A stretch of DNA of 63,850 nt, filler included, from Reticulomyxa filosa (lineage: Eukaryota; Protista; Foraminifera), in NCBI GenBank assembly GCA_000512085.1. It is 24 parts of 24 records of this genome, joined end to end, with 100 filler letters (N's around TTAATTAATTAA, not from the genome) between each part and the next. Parts side by side here need not be neighbours in the genome. Positions count along the whole stretch, not along the records: positions 20,217 to 30,212 come from ASPP01004303.1; positions 30,313 to 33,494 come from ASPP01037855.1; positions 33,595 to 36,666 come from ASPP01021758.1; positions 36,767 to 37,907 come from ASPP01018023.1; positions 38,008 to 39,784 come from ASPP01025828.1; positions 39,885 to 41,367 come from ASPP01024059.1; 18 more parts are not named here. The stretch is one strand, 5' to 3'. Positions 26,836 to 39,969 of the stretch are shown here, piece by piece. A program made the translations under genes and the position numbers. Below the pieces are notes generated by a model. That model was not told the origin of the DNA. It worked only from the letters and a program-made list of their open reading frames with translations, and searched no databases. Each line of letters opens with the position of its first letter. Within the stretch, counting starts at the first letter, position 1.

Positions 26836-27062
26836 CATTTATGAAATGTTTGAAGATACTTAAAACTACGGGTTTTTGTTTTACTGATGATAATGTTTTT
26901 TCGTATTTTTACATGATCTAAAAACAAATTCTTGACCTCTTTGCTTTTGTCTTTTCTTAAGTTTTGTACTTTCTTGTTATTTTTGTTATGTTTAAAAGCA
27001 AACTGTTTTTGTTTTTAAAACTTAGGGAAACGAGAATAATTTGAAAAAGTTGAAATAGAGAA

Positions 27063-28557
27063 ATGTCTTGGAAAAGTGTAGTAACAATTGGTTCAAAGAA
27101 CTATGAGTGTGTCTTGAAAATATTAACGATTCAAGAATTAAAGCAACAAATTATCGAAATAATCAAATTTGCTGAACAAAAAAAAGAATGGATAAAAATT
27201 AGTAATTCTCACGGTCACAACGTTGAAACAGATGAACAAGTTCAACAATCCTTTCAAGACCAGCTACATTTTTTTGCTTATTTTCGGCCAGGTTTATCCC
27301 TGTAACTTTTTTTTAAAATATGTCTACCATAAATTCACATACAAATTTATAACGATGAATATCAAAGATAATGAGACATTACCAAATTCCAATTGCAATG
27401 CTATTCAAACATTGGATTTTTACAAGCATTGGACGGTTGAATGGATAACATCCAATTTCGGTGCTGCCAAGATAGTTGGACAAATGCTTAAGCAGAATGA
27501 GCGAGGGTTGATTTTTGTTGTAAAATTAGAGGCACAATGGCAAATTGAAACAAATGCAGATTCAATCACAATAAGCGATTCTAAAGTTCCATCCAAACAA
27601 TCACTAGGCAATGACAAAATTGAAAAGATTCAATTTGAGAGTTATTGTGTATATGTAATAAAATCTAAAGTGGTGATATTAAATAAAGTGAATATTGATG
27701 GAAATGTGTATGCAATTGACTGTGAGCTCCAATGTGAAAAAAATGTGGTTATCACAACTCAGATATTTGTTACCAAGAATGCGATCATTGATCAAAAATT
27801 AAGACAATCCCTCTCGCCAATTGAATGGAATGATATCTTTCACCATGACGTGCCAATACAATTGCAATGTCTCCAAGACAAGGCACTTCAATGTTTGGCA
27901 GAGCTGCTGTTTGACGATGCCATCGCTCATCATCAGGAGGCACTCCAACTTTCGATTGACACTTTCGGACTTGATCACTCTTATGTTGCAAATTGTTACA
28001 ACAATTTAGGGATTGCATTCAACATTTCGGCTCAAACTGACAATGCTCTGAATTGCCACGAAATTGCATTGAAAATCAGCTTGAAAATCTTTGGAAATTT
28101 TCACGCTTGGATCGGGAATTTATATGATCATATTGGAAATTGCTATTATAAGAAACGTATATATGCTAAAGCCATCGAATATTATAAACAAGTATTGAAT
28201 ATCAGATTAATCATTTTTGGGGATGATCACGAGGATGTTGCCACTTCGTATGCTCGATTGGGATTGTCGTGTGAGTATGACGAGCAAATTGACACTGCTA
28301 TTGAATATTATGGAAAGGCATTACATATAAGAAAGCAAATTTTTGGAAATACAAAGCGAGTTGCAGATACTTATTGGAATTTGGCAGATATGCTTAAAAC
28401 CAAAGGAGAAATGTCGAGCGCATTCAAGTGTTATGAAGAAGCATGGAAAATATACAGTGTAGCATTGGGAGAGTGGAATCAAGAAACAATAGAGGCAAAA
28501 AAAGCCGCAGAGCAAACGATTGGTGGCTCGTCGGTATCACCTTTCTCCTCCCTCTAA
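27063..28557 (+). CDS. TPR-repeat protein (kinesin-light-chain-type 42-aa TPRs) with a small N-terminal domain
   Basis: Repeats FGLDHSYVANCYNNLG, FGDDHEDVATSYARLG and similar; intron after approx. 27291. Confidence 0.85.
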
Positions 28558-29192
28558 TATATCTTTGTCGGGTGCATTTTTTGATTTTTTTTTTAAAAGC
28601 AAGAATTATGAAATATCGCTTTCAAGGCTTTTTTCGCACTCGATTATTCTTACATTTTTTGTCTAATTTTTAATTAGATTTGTTTTTTCATTTTAAAACC
28701 TATTTAGAATATTTCTTTGATCAAGAGGCATTGATTTTACATTTATGACGTGTCATGCATTACTAATTAACAGAGTAGTTTCACTTGCTGAGAGGCTCCA
28801 CAACTTCGCACGCAGCTTACAAGAAAGGTCAATTCTTAAAAAAAAAGAAAAATCCAAACAAGTATATTGTAAAACGATAAGAATTGTCTGAAGTTGATTA
28901 TATTTGTGAACACACATAATATGTGCATGTCAAATTAATTTCCGTTTTTTCATTGCATTCCAAACATTAAATCTTGTATGCTGTGCAAAAAAAAAAGGTG
29001 ATGAAAGACACAAAAGCATTTGTAAACATTATAAAAAAATTTTCCCTGTGACTATCCTTTAAGTCTTGAAAAGACCGCACCGTATTTTGCTATCCAAACT
29101 TTCTGGTTTATTCCCTTTCATCCACAAAAAAACTTTGTGCGAAATTGCTACCTCATAATATTAAAAAAAAGCAAAAAACTCTGACGAACAAG

Positions 29193-30212
29193 ATGAGCGC
29201 AGCAGAAGACGAAAAAATCTCAAAATCAAAAACTGGATTGTCTCCAGTTTTCGTTGAACAATCTTGTTTCGATAAAAAATGGATATTACAATTGAATCAA
29301 CCAGAGCAAATTGAAAATTTTATTTGCTTGATTTGTAAAAAGATTGTCAACAATCCTATTGAAATCAATTGTCCACAGCATCAAGATATGGATGAGTCGC
29401 TTATTGTTGGAGAAAAATGCTTGAAACAATTTTTGAATGATAACAATAATACATGTCCTGTTCAGCCTCATAATGGCTGTTCGTATTCTCAAAACCGGTC
29501 AGTAAAAGTGCACATTGGTGCATTGAAAGTGAATTGTCCATTACAATTTGAACAAGATTCACAAACGACTACTCAAGGATTACAACAAGAAGGAGAAGGA
29601 AATGAGACAGTAATATGTAATTTTAATGGAAAGATTAAAGATTTAAATGACCATTTGCATAATGCATGTCCGTTGAAATTATTGGATTGTTTGTATAAGC
29701 TATTTGGGTGTGAATATAGTTATCCCGAGCGTAAATTTCATTTTGATTTGGTTATGAAATTTGTTAATTCATCACAAGAAGCTATTCACAATTACCAAGT
29801 TGATTTTTATTTTCTCTTAAAAAAAAAGAAAAAAAAAATTATAATCAATCAATGTTAATAATTTACAAATCACAAAATAAAATAGGAAGAAAATAAACAA
29901 TTGAAATTGCAATTAAATGAAAAAGACGAAATACTGAAATTAAAACAAAAAGAAAGTGAAAATACAATACAAAAAATTGAAAGAGAATCACAACAAGAAT
30001 TACTCAAACTTTGTGCTAATATTGAAATGATGAAAAAAGATTTCATTGAAAAAGAAAAACATTATAATGAATCCATCAAATTATTGCAAGAAAAGATGAC
30101 AAACTTTCCAACAAAGAAGAGAGAAAAGATAATGACAATATCTCATCTTCTAATATCAAACATTCTTCTACTTTTTCTTTTGATTTGTTTTGTTCATCAT
30201 CCAAATTACTCA
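29193..30212 (+). CDS. RING/TRAF-type zinc finger plus coiled coil, truncated at the start of a WD40 region
   Basis: CLICK..CPQH..C..CPVQPH and CNFNGKIKDLNDHLHNACP..C..FGC; after a frameshift near 30093 it reads HSSTFSFDLFCSSSKLL to the contig end. Confidence 0.75.
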
Positions 30213-30312
30213 NNNNNNNNNNNNNNNNNNNNNNNNNNNNNNNNNNNNNNNNNNNNTTAATTAATTAANNNNNNNNNNNNNNNNNNNNNNNNNNNNNNNN
30301 NNNNNNNNNNNN

Positions 30313-31849
30313 CTGCTTTTCCAAGATATTCAAATGTAGCAACCAACTCTTCCAAGTCATCAATCCTTTCTTCCATGAATTGATCAAATTCAAATGGAAT
30401 TTGAGTTCGATGAATCCCAGTTTTCTTTCCAACTTTGAAAAATCGCTGTTTGCTCTCTTCAATAGCCTCCAATAATTTCAAATAATATTCAGGGGAGGTT
30501 ACTTGAAATTCTTTCATTCTTTGTTCACCAAATATTTGTCCAAAAATTGTTAGAATATCTTGATTAATATAAGAACTTCCCCAAGGCCCTCCAAAGGAGG
30601 CAATCATTTCCCTCACTTCAAATGGTCCAGTAATTTCATGACACACCATATCAGCAGTCCCTGCTCCCAAATCCATCATCATGTAACAATCCCCTGTTTG
30701 AAATTGGACTTGATTTGGATTATCTTTCATCTCAAGCATCATGCATATACTTGCACATTCAGGTTCCAGTGCGATAATCAATTGATTAGGGATGGAGGGA
30801 CTCCATAAATTAGCTTGTTGAGCCCATTGTTTCATTAATCCTTTTGCTTTTTCATCCCAAATTGCTGGTACTGTTATCGCCCATTGGATTTTATTTTCAC
30901 TTGCTATCAAGTTATTCTGACTGAGATATTGCATTGCCTTTTGTTTGCAATATTCCAAGGCACTAACAAATACAGTCTCAGTGCTGACGTTGGTGCCATT
31001 AGTGGATTGCAACTCTTTTTGCATGATTGATTTTCTCCTTGTTTGATATTGACCTGCCACATCTTTTTTTTTTGTTTATTAAAAAATTACAATGCTATCT
31101 TCTTTTGTTTAAGTAAAGAAAGGAATACAAACTGACCATATAAATTCATTTTAAATCGATGAAATAGTAACCATTTGCTGGCATCTTTATTGTTTGGAGA
31201 TTGATATCTTTTTTTTTTTTATGTGTCAGTTGATAATTATCGTTTTTTTGACTATTGTGCAAATTAAAAAAAAAAAGCGAAATAAAACTTGCTCCAAGCT
31301 TCATTTCCAAAAGCAAGCACTTGACGCTCTTCATTCAATAACAATGTTGTCTTTGTTTTTCCAGTGGATTCTCTGGCATCAGCCACACCACTGCTACTCC
31401 AATCTGTTATCGAGCGGACTGCTGTCGAATTCTTCATGCTGATGGCCATTGCTGTTCCTTCTGTTCCAAAATCAATTGCAATGATACAATTGAAATTTTC
31501 TGTGTTTTTCCATGGCACGCTTGACCTTTTTGTTTTTCAAATTGGAATGTGGTCATATTATGCATTAAATGGAGCCAGTTTTTTTTTGTTACGTAAAAAA
31601 AAAAAAAATGATAAAATAAATAAAACTCCAAAAAAAAAAAAACAAGAATAAAAAACAAAACTGAAGAATCTTTGGTTGATTAGAGTTTGGTTTTGGTGTT
31701 TGACATTGAATGCATTGAAGGTATTGCTTTTTGTTCTTCTCCTGACAAGTTGTACAAGTCCACCCATCGTCAGTTTGGTTTTTTGAGAAATTGACTTCTG
31801 TCCACAAGTCGTAAGAAAAATCCTGTTTTCTTTCTTCATGTTCGGCCAT
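30313..31849 (-). CDS. HSPA12-like atypical Hsp70 with an N-terminal RanBP2-type zinc finger (3'-truncated)
   Basis: WTCTTCQEKNKKQYLQCIQCQTPKP; IAIDFGT, KTKTTLLL, FHRFKMNLY, WAITVPAIW, IALEPECAS, MDLGAGTAD, GGPWGS. Confidence 0.88.
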
Positions 31850-32215
31850 TTTTTCAAGTTTCTTCCACTTTACTGGTGAAGCCCTTTTTCGTTGTTACAG
31901 CAGGTTTTTTAAGTAAAAAAAATTGAAACTGACTGAGTCCGTCAAGCCAAAAATGTGATCAAGTTTATCAGAATGTTTTGGAAAGAGATTGCATTTCGTG
32001 CGTGGATGTCGAATGACAATAAAAAAGTAATTGTCATTGAAAAACGCTCATAACAATATTTGTACATTGAAAAAGAGTATCAACAGATATGTAGTTCACT
32101 ATTGTCCAATACATCAAATTGTAAATATACCAACACTCAACTCCATAATTTGAAATTTGTTTTCGTTTTAAAGACCTACCTTTTTATCTTTGCTCCAACA
32201 CTTTTTGCAAATTAT

Positions 32216-33494
32216 TCACTCAGACACTTCGTAGATTATTTGAGCTTCTTTTTCAACGTACTCTTTTCCTTTGATTGCCATTGTCACTCGAATCATTGAT
32301 TCGCCAAAATAAAAACGAACATACAATTCATCCTTCACATCATCGAAATCTTCTGGATATGGAACTTCAATTTTTCCTAAACACTTGCATCCTGCCATCA
32401 CTCCTGGATCTATTTCCTCACTACGACAGATTGAGAAATATGCAGTTTTTTTACTTTTACTTAGTCTAATATAATTCCTTTCAATCATCTGTAAAAAAAA
32501 TGAAAAAGTCATCAACATTTGATATCCAAACATGAAAATTGATGTTTGAATAAATATAAAAATATTAACTTGTCCCACTTTCACTTCTTCATCTTTGTTC
32601 ACAAATACACGGAAACAATTACCAACATACCCTTTACGATCAATGTCACGAATATATTTATGTTTGTTGATGTGATTTCTACTAATTTTTGGATGAGATT
32701 GAGCATATCCTATTGGCCTACCACAACCAGTCCCATAAGTGTATTTAACAATTCTAGAAGTAATGAAAGAGGGGATTCTTGACAACTGAGCAGCTCCTTG
32801 AATTACAGATAAAATAGGTCTTTGAGAAATTACAAACGTGTATTTTGGCTCGTAATGTTGTTTGAGTTTGTATTGTAAATAAGGAGATTGACTAAATCCG
32901 CCCACCAAACACATATACTTCAATTTTCCACTCAATATTTCTTGCATTTTTGTTCAGTATTTCATCCATTTTTTCTATTATTGGATCAATTCTCAAATCA
33001 AATAGTTTCATCCACAATTGACAAGAAAGTGACAAATATTCATGATCATATTCATGTCTATTACAGTTATTTCAGTATCATGCAAATTAATAAATCATCA
33101 TATACTCCTAAAAAAAACAAGAACAAAACATGGATAGATAACAAACTCTACTTTTCCAAGATATTCAAATGTAGCAACCAACTCTTCCAAGCCATCAATC
33201 CTTTCTTTCATGAATTGATCAAATTCAAATAGAATTTGAATTCGATGAACTCCAGTTTTCTTTTCAACTTTGAAAAATCGTTGTTTGCTGTCTTCAATAG
33301 CTCTCAATATTTCTAAATAACCTTACTTGAAACTCGTTCATTCTTTGTTCACCAAATATTTGTCCAAAAATTGTTAGAATATCTTGATCAATATAAGAGC
33401 TTCCCCAAGGCCCTCCAAATGAGGCAATCATTTCCCTCACTTCAAATGGCCCAGTAATTTCATGACACACCATATCAGCAGTCCCTGCTCCCAA
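32216..33494 (-). pseudogene. Tandem HSPA12-like paralogue, 3' half, frameshifted
   Basis: GAGTADMVCH, LVGGFSQSPYL, VIQGAA, TSRIVKYTYG; small deletion with frameshift near 33320 relative to the neighbouring copy, another frameshift near 32943. Confidence 0.75.
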
Positions 33495-33594
33495 NNNNNN
33501 NNNNNNNNNNNNNNNNNNNNNNNNNNNNNNNNNNNNNNTTAATTAATTAANNNNNNNNNNNNNNNNNNNNNNNNNNNNNNNNNNNNNNNNNNNN

Positions 33595-34440
33595 CAATTG
33601 AAATTGGTGAATGATACAAAAGTCAAGTCCGATATTGTATTTGTGGGAATTTTGAAATGGTGCAAAAATGAAGCAATGAAATGTCTCAACAAAGAGAAAT
33701 CGAAGCCCCCAAGAAGAAAACATCCAATGGGTGTAACAGTGCCAGCGATTTGGGATGAAAAGGCAAAAGGATTAATGAAACAATGGGCTCAACAAGCAAA
33801 AATATGGAGTCCATCCATTCCTAATCAATTGATTATTGCACTCGAACCTGAGTGTGCAAGTATATGTGTAATGCTTGAAATGAAAGATAATCCAGATCAA
33901 ATCCAATTTAAAACAGGAGATTGTTACATGATGATGGATTTGGGAGCAGGGACTGCTGATATGGTATGTCATGAAATTACTGGGCCATTTGAAGTAAGAG
34001 AGATGATTGCTTCGTTTGGAGGCCTTGAGGAAGGTCTTATATTGATCAAGATATTGAAATAATCTTTGGACGAATATTTGGTGAAGAAAGAATGAAAGAA
34101 TTCAAAGCAACCTTCCCCAAAGATTATTCGAAAATATTGGAGGCAATTGAAAATAGCAAACAACGATTTTTCAAAATTGAAAAGAAAACTGGAATTCATC
34201 GAATTGAAATTCCATTTGAATTTGACCAATTCATGCAAAGAAAGATTGATGACGATTTGGAAGATTTATTTGCCACATTTGAATATCTTGGAGAATCGGG
34301 GTTTGCTATTTATTTATGTTTTTTCCATATCTCTTTGAAAGTGAATATAATTTTCTAATTTGCATAATGTTGAAATAACTTGTAACAGACATGAATATGA
34401 AAAAATCACAGTCTCATCATCGATTACTAGATATGTTTGA
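33595..34440 (+). pseudogene. Third HSPA12-like copy, frameshifted and decaying at its 3' end
   Basis: VTVPAIWDEKAKGLMKQWAQQA, IALEPECAS, DLGAGTAD; frameshifts near 33710 and 34025; similarity lost after approx. 34440. Confidence 0.75.
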
Positions 34441-36626
34441 GAAGAAAACTTTTCAACATCTTTTTCGTCGTTAAGAGGTATGCTCAAATATTAGAGAAAT
34501 ATCACAATAAAAGTTTGCTTCAAACTTTGAGTTCGTTTTTTTCACATTATTGGATTTAAAACTAATAGTACTGTTTAGATGCTCCTAATATTTCTCGTTT
34601 AATTTTTTTCCTATTCTTTTAGTTGAGTAAAACATATAATAATTTATTATTGGAAAAGAAAAAATAGTCTCTATATCCAAAAACATTGTAAATGTTTTTT
34701 CTATTTAGTATTTGTTTGGTAAACATATAGACAACAATTTTGTGACTCAATTCGCTCCAATTCTTGTTCCTTTTGACTTGTGTTAATCTTCTTCCTTTGT
34801 GTACCTTACAACTCGGGCTACTAGTAACGGGTGCTGCGACGGACTCAAGGAAACTTGGAAAAACTCTAAACAAATCTGATTCAAACCTGTAAGTTTCGGC
34901 TAGCAAGTAAAACTGATCTTTTTTTTCTTTCAAAAATCATTTTTTATTTTTTTGTTGTTATGAAAAAACAATTTGCTTGACGTTTGTGGCAATGTTTTTT
35001 TTCTTACAAAAATATTTTTTGTTTAAAAAAAAAACATATTTTATTTGCTGATTTATTATTATGTGACATAATATAAAAATTGAAGTATTGTAGCAAACTG
35101 TTATAAAAAGAAGGTATGTCATTGCTAAAGTGATAGATTGTGTTAGCATAAAAAAATGTAACAGTGTTTGTAGATGATCAATGTGTTGAATGAAAGGAAA
35201 ATTGAACTCAACAAACGACTACTTTCAAAATTTGCAACAAAAAAAACTGCTATAAGAAACTATTATCACTTGGTGATGTATCCACAACAGTCATATTTTT
35301 CAGCAATTTCTTTTTCGACTACTATTGATAAAGCTTGTATCCATTCTCGTGCATCATTTTTCTATTTTGGTCATAATAACAAATGATTTTATTATTTCAC
35401 AATGGTCATTTGTTTTTTTAATTAATATCAAAACTTTTGAAAAAGTTTGACGTTCACGGGACTCTTTGTGTTGTGTAGTAACTACAAATACATCCGGCAA
35501 AACGACAAACTTATATTTCTGGACGCCTCCAAGAAACATTATATGTGCAATCTTATTCATGACATACCCTTTTATTATCATTCGCAAAAAGAAAACACAA
35601 CAATTAAAAACATTTAATGATTTGCAATTTCAAAGTTCCAAATACTTTAACGTTTATACGTACTTGTTGTTACATTGTTCGTTTGATTTCTTAAATTCTT
35701 GTTTGATTGTTTTATTGCAAGCTAGATGAATGGAGGAATTTATCATGAAAAAAGCAAAAGAAGTTTCAATAATGTAACTTTCAACATATAATTGATACTG
35801 GCTCATTCTATTTTATTTGTAATTATAATTGCAACAGTTTAACAAATAAATTCAAGCTAATCAAAGAATTAATGCATCAATTGTGCCAAATTTATATTAA
35901 ACAAAGCAAAATAAGGCTAAATGAAAACAATTTTATTGCAATTTAGATAATTTAAGTGACATCAAAACAAATCAAATCATAAATTGTGTAATAAAACGAA
36001 CGTAGTATGTTTTCAAAGAAATTAGAAAGATAATGAAAGCAAAATGTGAATTTTGCGCAAATTAATATTTTGATAGTCGTTGAGTGTAGCGTGGAAATAG
36101 ATAACATATTTTTTCCCGTGCAAGCAAATGTGATAGGGGACAAATAAACAACCAAGTCCCATTTATTTACCCCTCTCTCTTTCCCCGTTCCGGGTAGTAT
36201 CATTGTTTTTGGAAGTATGGAATCATATTTTATTTGTTTACAAAAATTGGTTTACGTTAACTTTGATAGTCCTCAGTGCCACTATTTGAGAAGTGTTATG
36301 TGCAAACATATATACAAGCCCTTTTTCCATTTGTATCGTAGACGCCCCAAAAACAATACCTGATTTCACCAGTGGCGGAATTGTTATCACGATCTGTGAT
36401 ATATAAAGCAGAAGCATCTTCATTACAGTCGAGAGGTACAGTAGGACTTCCAACCTTCCTTCGCTTCGAAGGAGAACAAAGATCGTCATAGTTCATTGTG
36501 ACATCATCTGTCGACCGTGTTTCTTGGAATTGACGATATATTTCCAGCATTCTAAAAAAAGGTGCCATTCATATAATTTCAGTATTTTTATCTTAATATA
36601 GCTTTTCTTCGTAAAACAAAAAGGGT

Positions 36627-36666
<40 letters not shown>

Positions 36667-36843
36667 NNNNNNNNNNNNNNNNNNNNNNNNNNNNNNNNNN
36701 NNNNNNNNNNTTAATTAATTAANNNNNNNNNNNNNNNNNNNNNNNNNNNNNNNNNNNNNNNNNNNNGAGGCATGAGGTCATTATAAAAATAATTAAACAA
36801 CACACACACACACACACACGCATACAAATGAATGTTGACAACA

Positions 36844-37803
36844 GACTACAATCCACCACAAGGACCAACCACTCCAAAGCCCACAAGCAAGCCCACCAGC
36901 CGGCCAACGGCAAGACCTACAAATAGACCGACACAACTCCCCACTGAGGCCCCCACAATTCCGGCCCAAGGGTCGCCCCAGTTTTTCCAGGGATGGCAGA
37001 CTCCTATGTATGGGACGGTGGACGTGACAGCCAATTGTGTCACACCACCGACGATCATTTGTACATTTTCGGAGGAAAAAACTCGCAACAACGTTAAGCC
37101 ACATAGTTTTTTTTGTTAGCTTCCTCAATATTGTTGTACCTATCTTTTTCTTTTCCCTCCCCCTTTTTTAAAAAAAAAAAAAAACTACTTGCCAAACTTG
37201 AAAAAATGTTTTCCAATTTAATATTATTACTATTGTTGTTGTTTTGTTGATTGTCTGTAAAATACACGCGATAACAGAGTCGATAAATACATGGACTGCG
37301 TTTGACAATACATTCAATCCGACCGCCTTTACAATGTATCAATCGACTCCATTGGCATCCTATCAACCCATGGCCTCTTTTTCGTGTGCGAACAACTGCG
37401 TAGGTGGCTATAAGAATCGCGTGTATTTGGTGAACCCGACCATGGACGACAGCTCGACAACAACGCCTCGATTCTTTGAGTGCGAAATCAATACGAAAAA
37501 CCGCAGCGCGTTGTGCATGGATCTGTGCGACTCGCAGTCGGGCATTTTGCCCTACTGCGCCAGCGTGCTGCTGTGGGACTCGTGCGTGACGTCGCAAAAC
37601 CAGTATCTGTACATCGTGGGAGGACGCGACACGCTCTCCGTGCGCAACTCCATCACCGTCTTTGACATGGCAAAGCGCGACTGGGCCAGTGTACCAAAAG
37701 GAACCCCTCCCGCGAGGGTATATCCAACCTTGTACGGCGCCCTGGCCACAGCGGTCCTCAATCCCGCATGTGCGACATGGGACTTTAACATTTACGTATT
37801 CGG
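36844..37803 (+). CDS. Fragment with PT-rich linker followed by kelch-like repeats
   Basis: PTSKPTSRPTARPTNRPT; YLYIVGGR..ITVFDMAKRDW, IYVFG. Confidence 0.6.
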
Positions 37804-39479
37804 TTGAGTAGCAGTGCATGTGTGTGTGTGTGTGTGTTAGATATTTCCAAGAAATTTCGAATATGAGCATGTATTAAAAATAATGAATGAATAAATAAAT
37901 AAATAAANNNNNNNNNNNNNNNNNNNNNNNNNNNNNNNNNNNNNNNNNNNNTTAATTAATTAANNNNNNNNNNNNNNNNNNNNNNNNNNNNNNNNNNNNN
38001 NNNNNNNTAAACGAATACAGATTCTGAACAACTATCAACTAAATGATGTTGATTTTTTCAATTAAAATTGGATGAAATGTAAGAAAATTTATACTTTATT
38101 ATGTTTGTTAATTCATTTTCGGAGAAAGAAAAAGTATTCTCATTTTGTGCTAAGTTTACGTACTGTTTTTTAAAAATCGTTTCTGTGTCACATTATTTTT
38201 TTGGTTTGATGGACACTACTAAACTGTACATCGAATAAAGTACTTAGTCAGTGGCCCATGTTTTGAAGACTCATCAGCGCTTAAAAAGGTTTCCAAATAC
38301 GACACATTTGTTGCGATCTCTTCTTCATTCAAATAATTATTTGCATTAGTCTTTGCAATACACAAAAAACTTTAAAAAAATAATTTTTTTTTTAAAAATC
38401 CTTGCAAGATTGTTTGGCTGATCATTTTTTATCTTTCATCAAAATATTGGCAAAAAATCTTTTTTCGAAGACAAAAAACATTTTTTGGACAAATTTTGGA
38501 CTGTTTTATGGTGCACGAGTCCAAAAATGTATAGCTTTTTTTGAAATCCGAAAAGTGCTTCGATTGAAGATGTATGACTCGTGGTGACACTTTTTTTTAG
38601 GACTTGACTAAAAGGAAAAGACGTTGATGGGTAAAACTAGTCATAAGCAATTTTTTTGAAAATTGACAAAAATCTTTTATTTTTTTATGTACGGATCAAA
38701 GTTGACAAATACGTCTAAAAAAAATTAGTTCGTTTTTGGACGCATGCATCAACTTAAAAAACAGGATCGAAACGTTTTTTTGATGACTTAGAAAAAATTT
38801 TTGTGCATTAGCCAATTTTGGTGGATCAGCCAAATTTTTGAGTACTAACCACATTTTTGTGCATTATCCACATTTCTGACATGAAATGCATAAACATTTT
38901 TTTCTAGTTTGGCCAAAAAAAGTCAGTTTTATGATAAATTTACGAATTTTTTCAAAGCAAACCTTTGACATCACAACAAGTCGTGTCAGGCTTTCAAAAA
39001 AGCCACAGCGAGCTCAAAAAGCAGCCAAATAAAAATCAATTTTTTTAAAAACGTTTCCAACCGACAACATTTCACCATACGTAAAAACATCACAAAACAA
39101 CATGGCGAGAAAAAGCCGCCAAATACGCACACCAAAATGTAATGTTCTAATTTTTTCTCCTGAAAAAAAACACCAAAGTTCGTAGTGTTCTCATGTCTAC
39201 TTGCACGGACAGTGACGTTTTTCCTTCCAAGCGCACGAATGTGCCAAATCCAAGTTTCGTCTTTGAGCTCAGCAAAGTTAATAACGTATCTCATGAATCC
39301 TTTGGTGGAAAAAAGAAAAAACATAAGTTTATTATAGAATGTAAAATATGTATAAAAATGTATAACACCTTCAATTCCGCCAAAATTGAGCACCTTCTTG
39401 TGACCCGTCAGTAATAAATTCTAGTTTACATCCATAACTTTAATTTTGTGAAGTAATTCAAGAAATTATCTCAAATAAG

Positions 39480-39784
39480 ACCACTGGAATCACTTTAGCA
39501 ATTTCTTGCATAAAATCCATTAATAATTTTTTTTCACCAACAAATTTACTTAATTCAATAGTTTCATTAAAATCATTTTCACCACTCTAAAGAGTATCAA
39601 CAATTTTAATCACAAATCTAAAATATCATTATTAAATAAATCATTTTCAAAATTAGCACCACTACTAGCTAAAATCAAACCTTTTACACATTTGTTATAA
39701 AATGTTGACATTTACTTACATAGTTATGTACTGATGATTGTCCACATCTACCATGTTTTTTAGGTAGTTCTACCGTAAATTTTT
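39480..39784 (-). pseudogene. eRF1: Eukaryotic release factor 1 (eRF1) pseudogene fragment; absent from the ORF track
   Basis: KFTVELPKKHGRCGQSSV-HNYVSK, VKGLILASS, GENDFNETIELS-KFVGEKKLLMDFMQEIAK; contains stops, frameshifts and internal deletions. Confidence 0.85.
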
Positions 39785-39901
39785 NNNNNNNNNNNNNNNN
39801 NNNNNNNNNNNNNNNNNNNNNNNNNNNNTTAATTAATTAANNNNNNNNNNNNNNNNNNNNNNNNNNNNNNNNNNNNNNNNNNNNATATATTATATATATA
39901 A

Positions 39902-39932
<31 letters not shown>

Positions 39933-39969
39933 ATATATTTTTATAAATAATGCACACAACACTTGTAAC

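Noticed and set aside
36238-36568. Short ORFs with an NLS-like PSKRRKV, plus small ORFs at 41153-41365, 41529-41732 and 41878-42165
   Set aside because: Possibly exons or relics, but no recognisable family or reliable gene model
38797-38880. Short degenerate tandem repeats (ATTTTTGTGCATTA..CCA)
   Set aside because: About four imperfect units without unique spacers; not CRISPR-like and no function supportable
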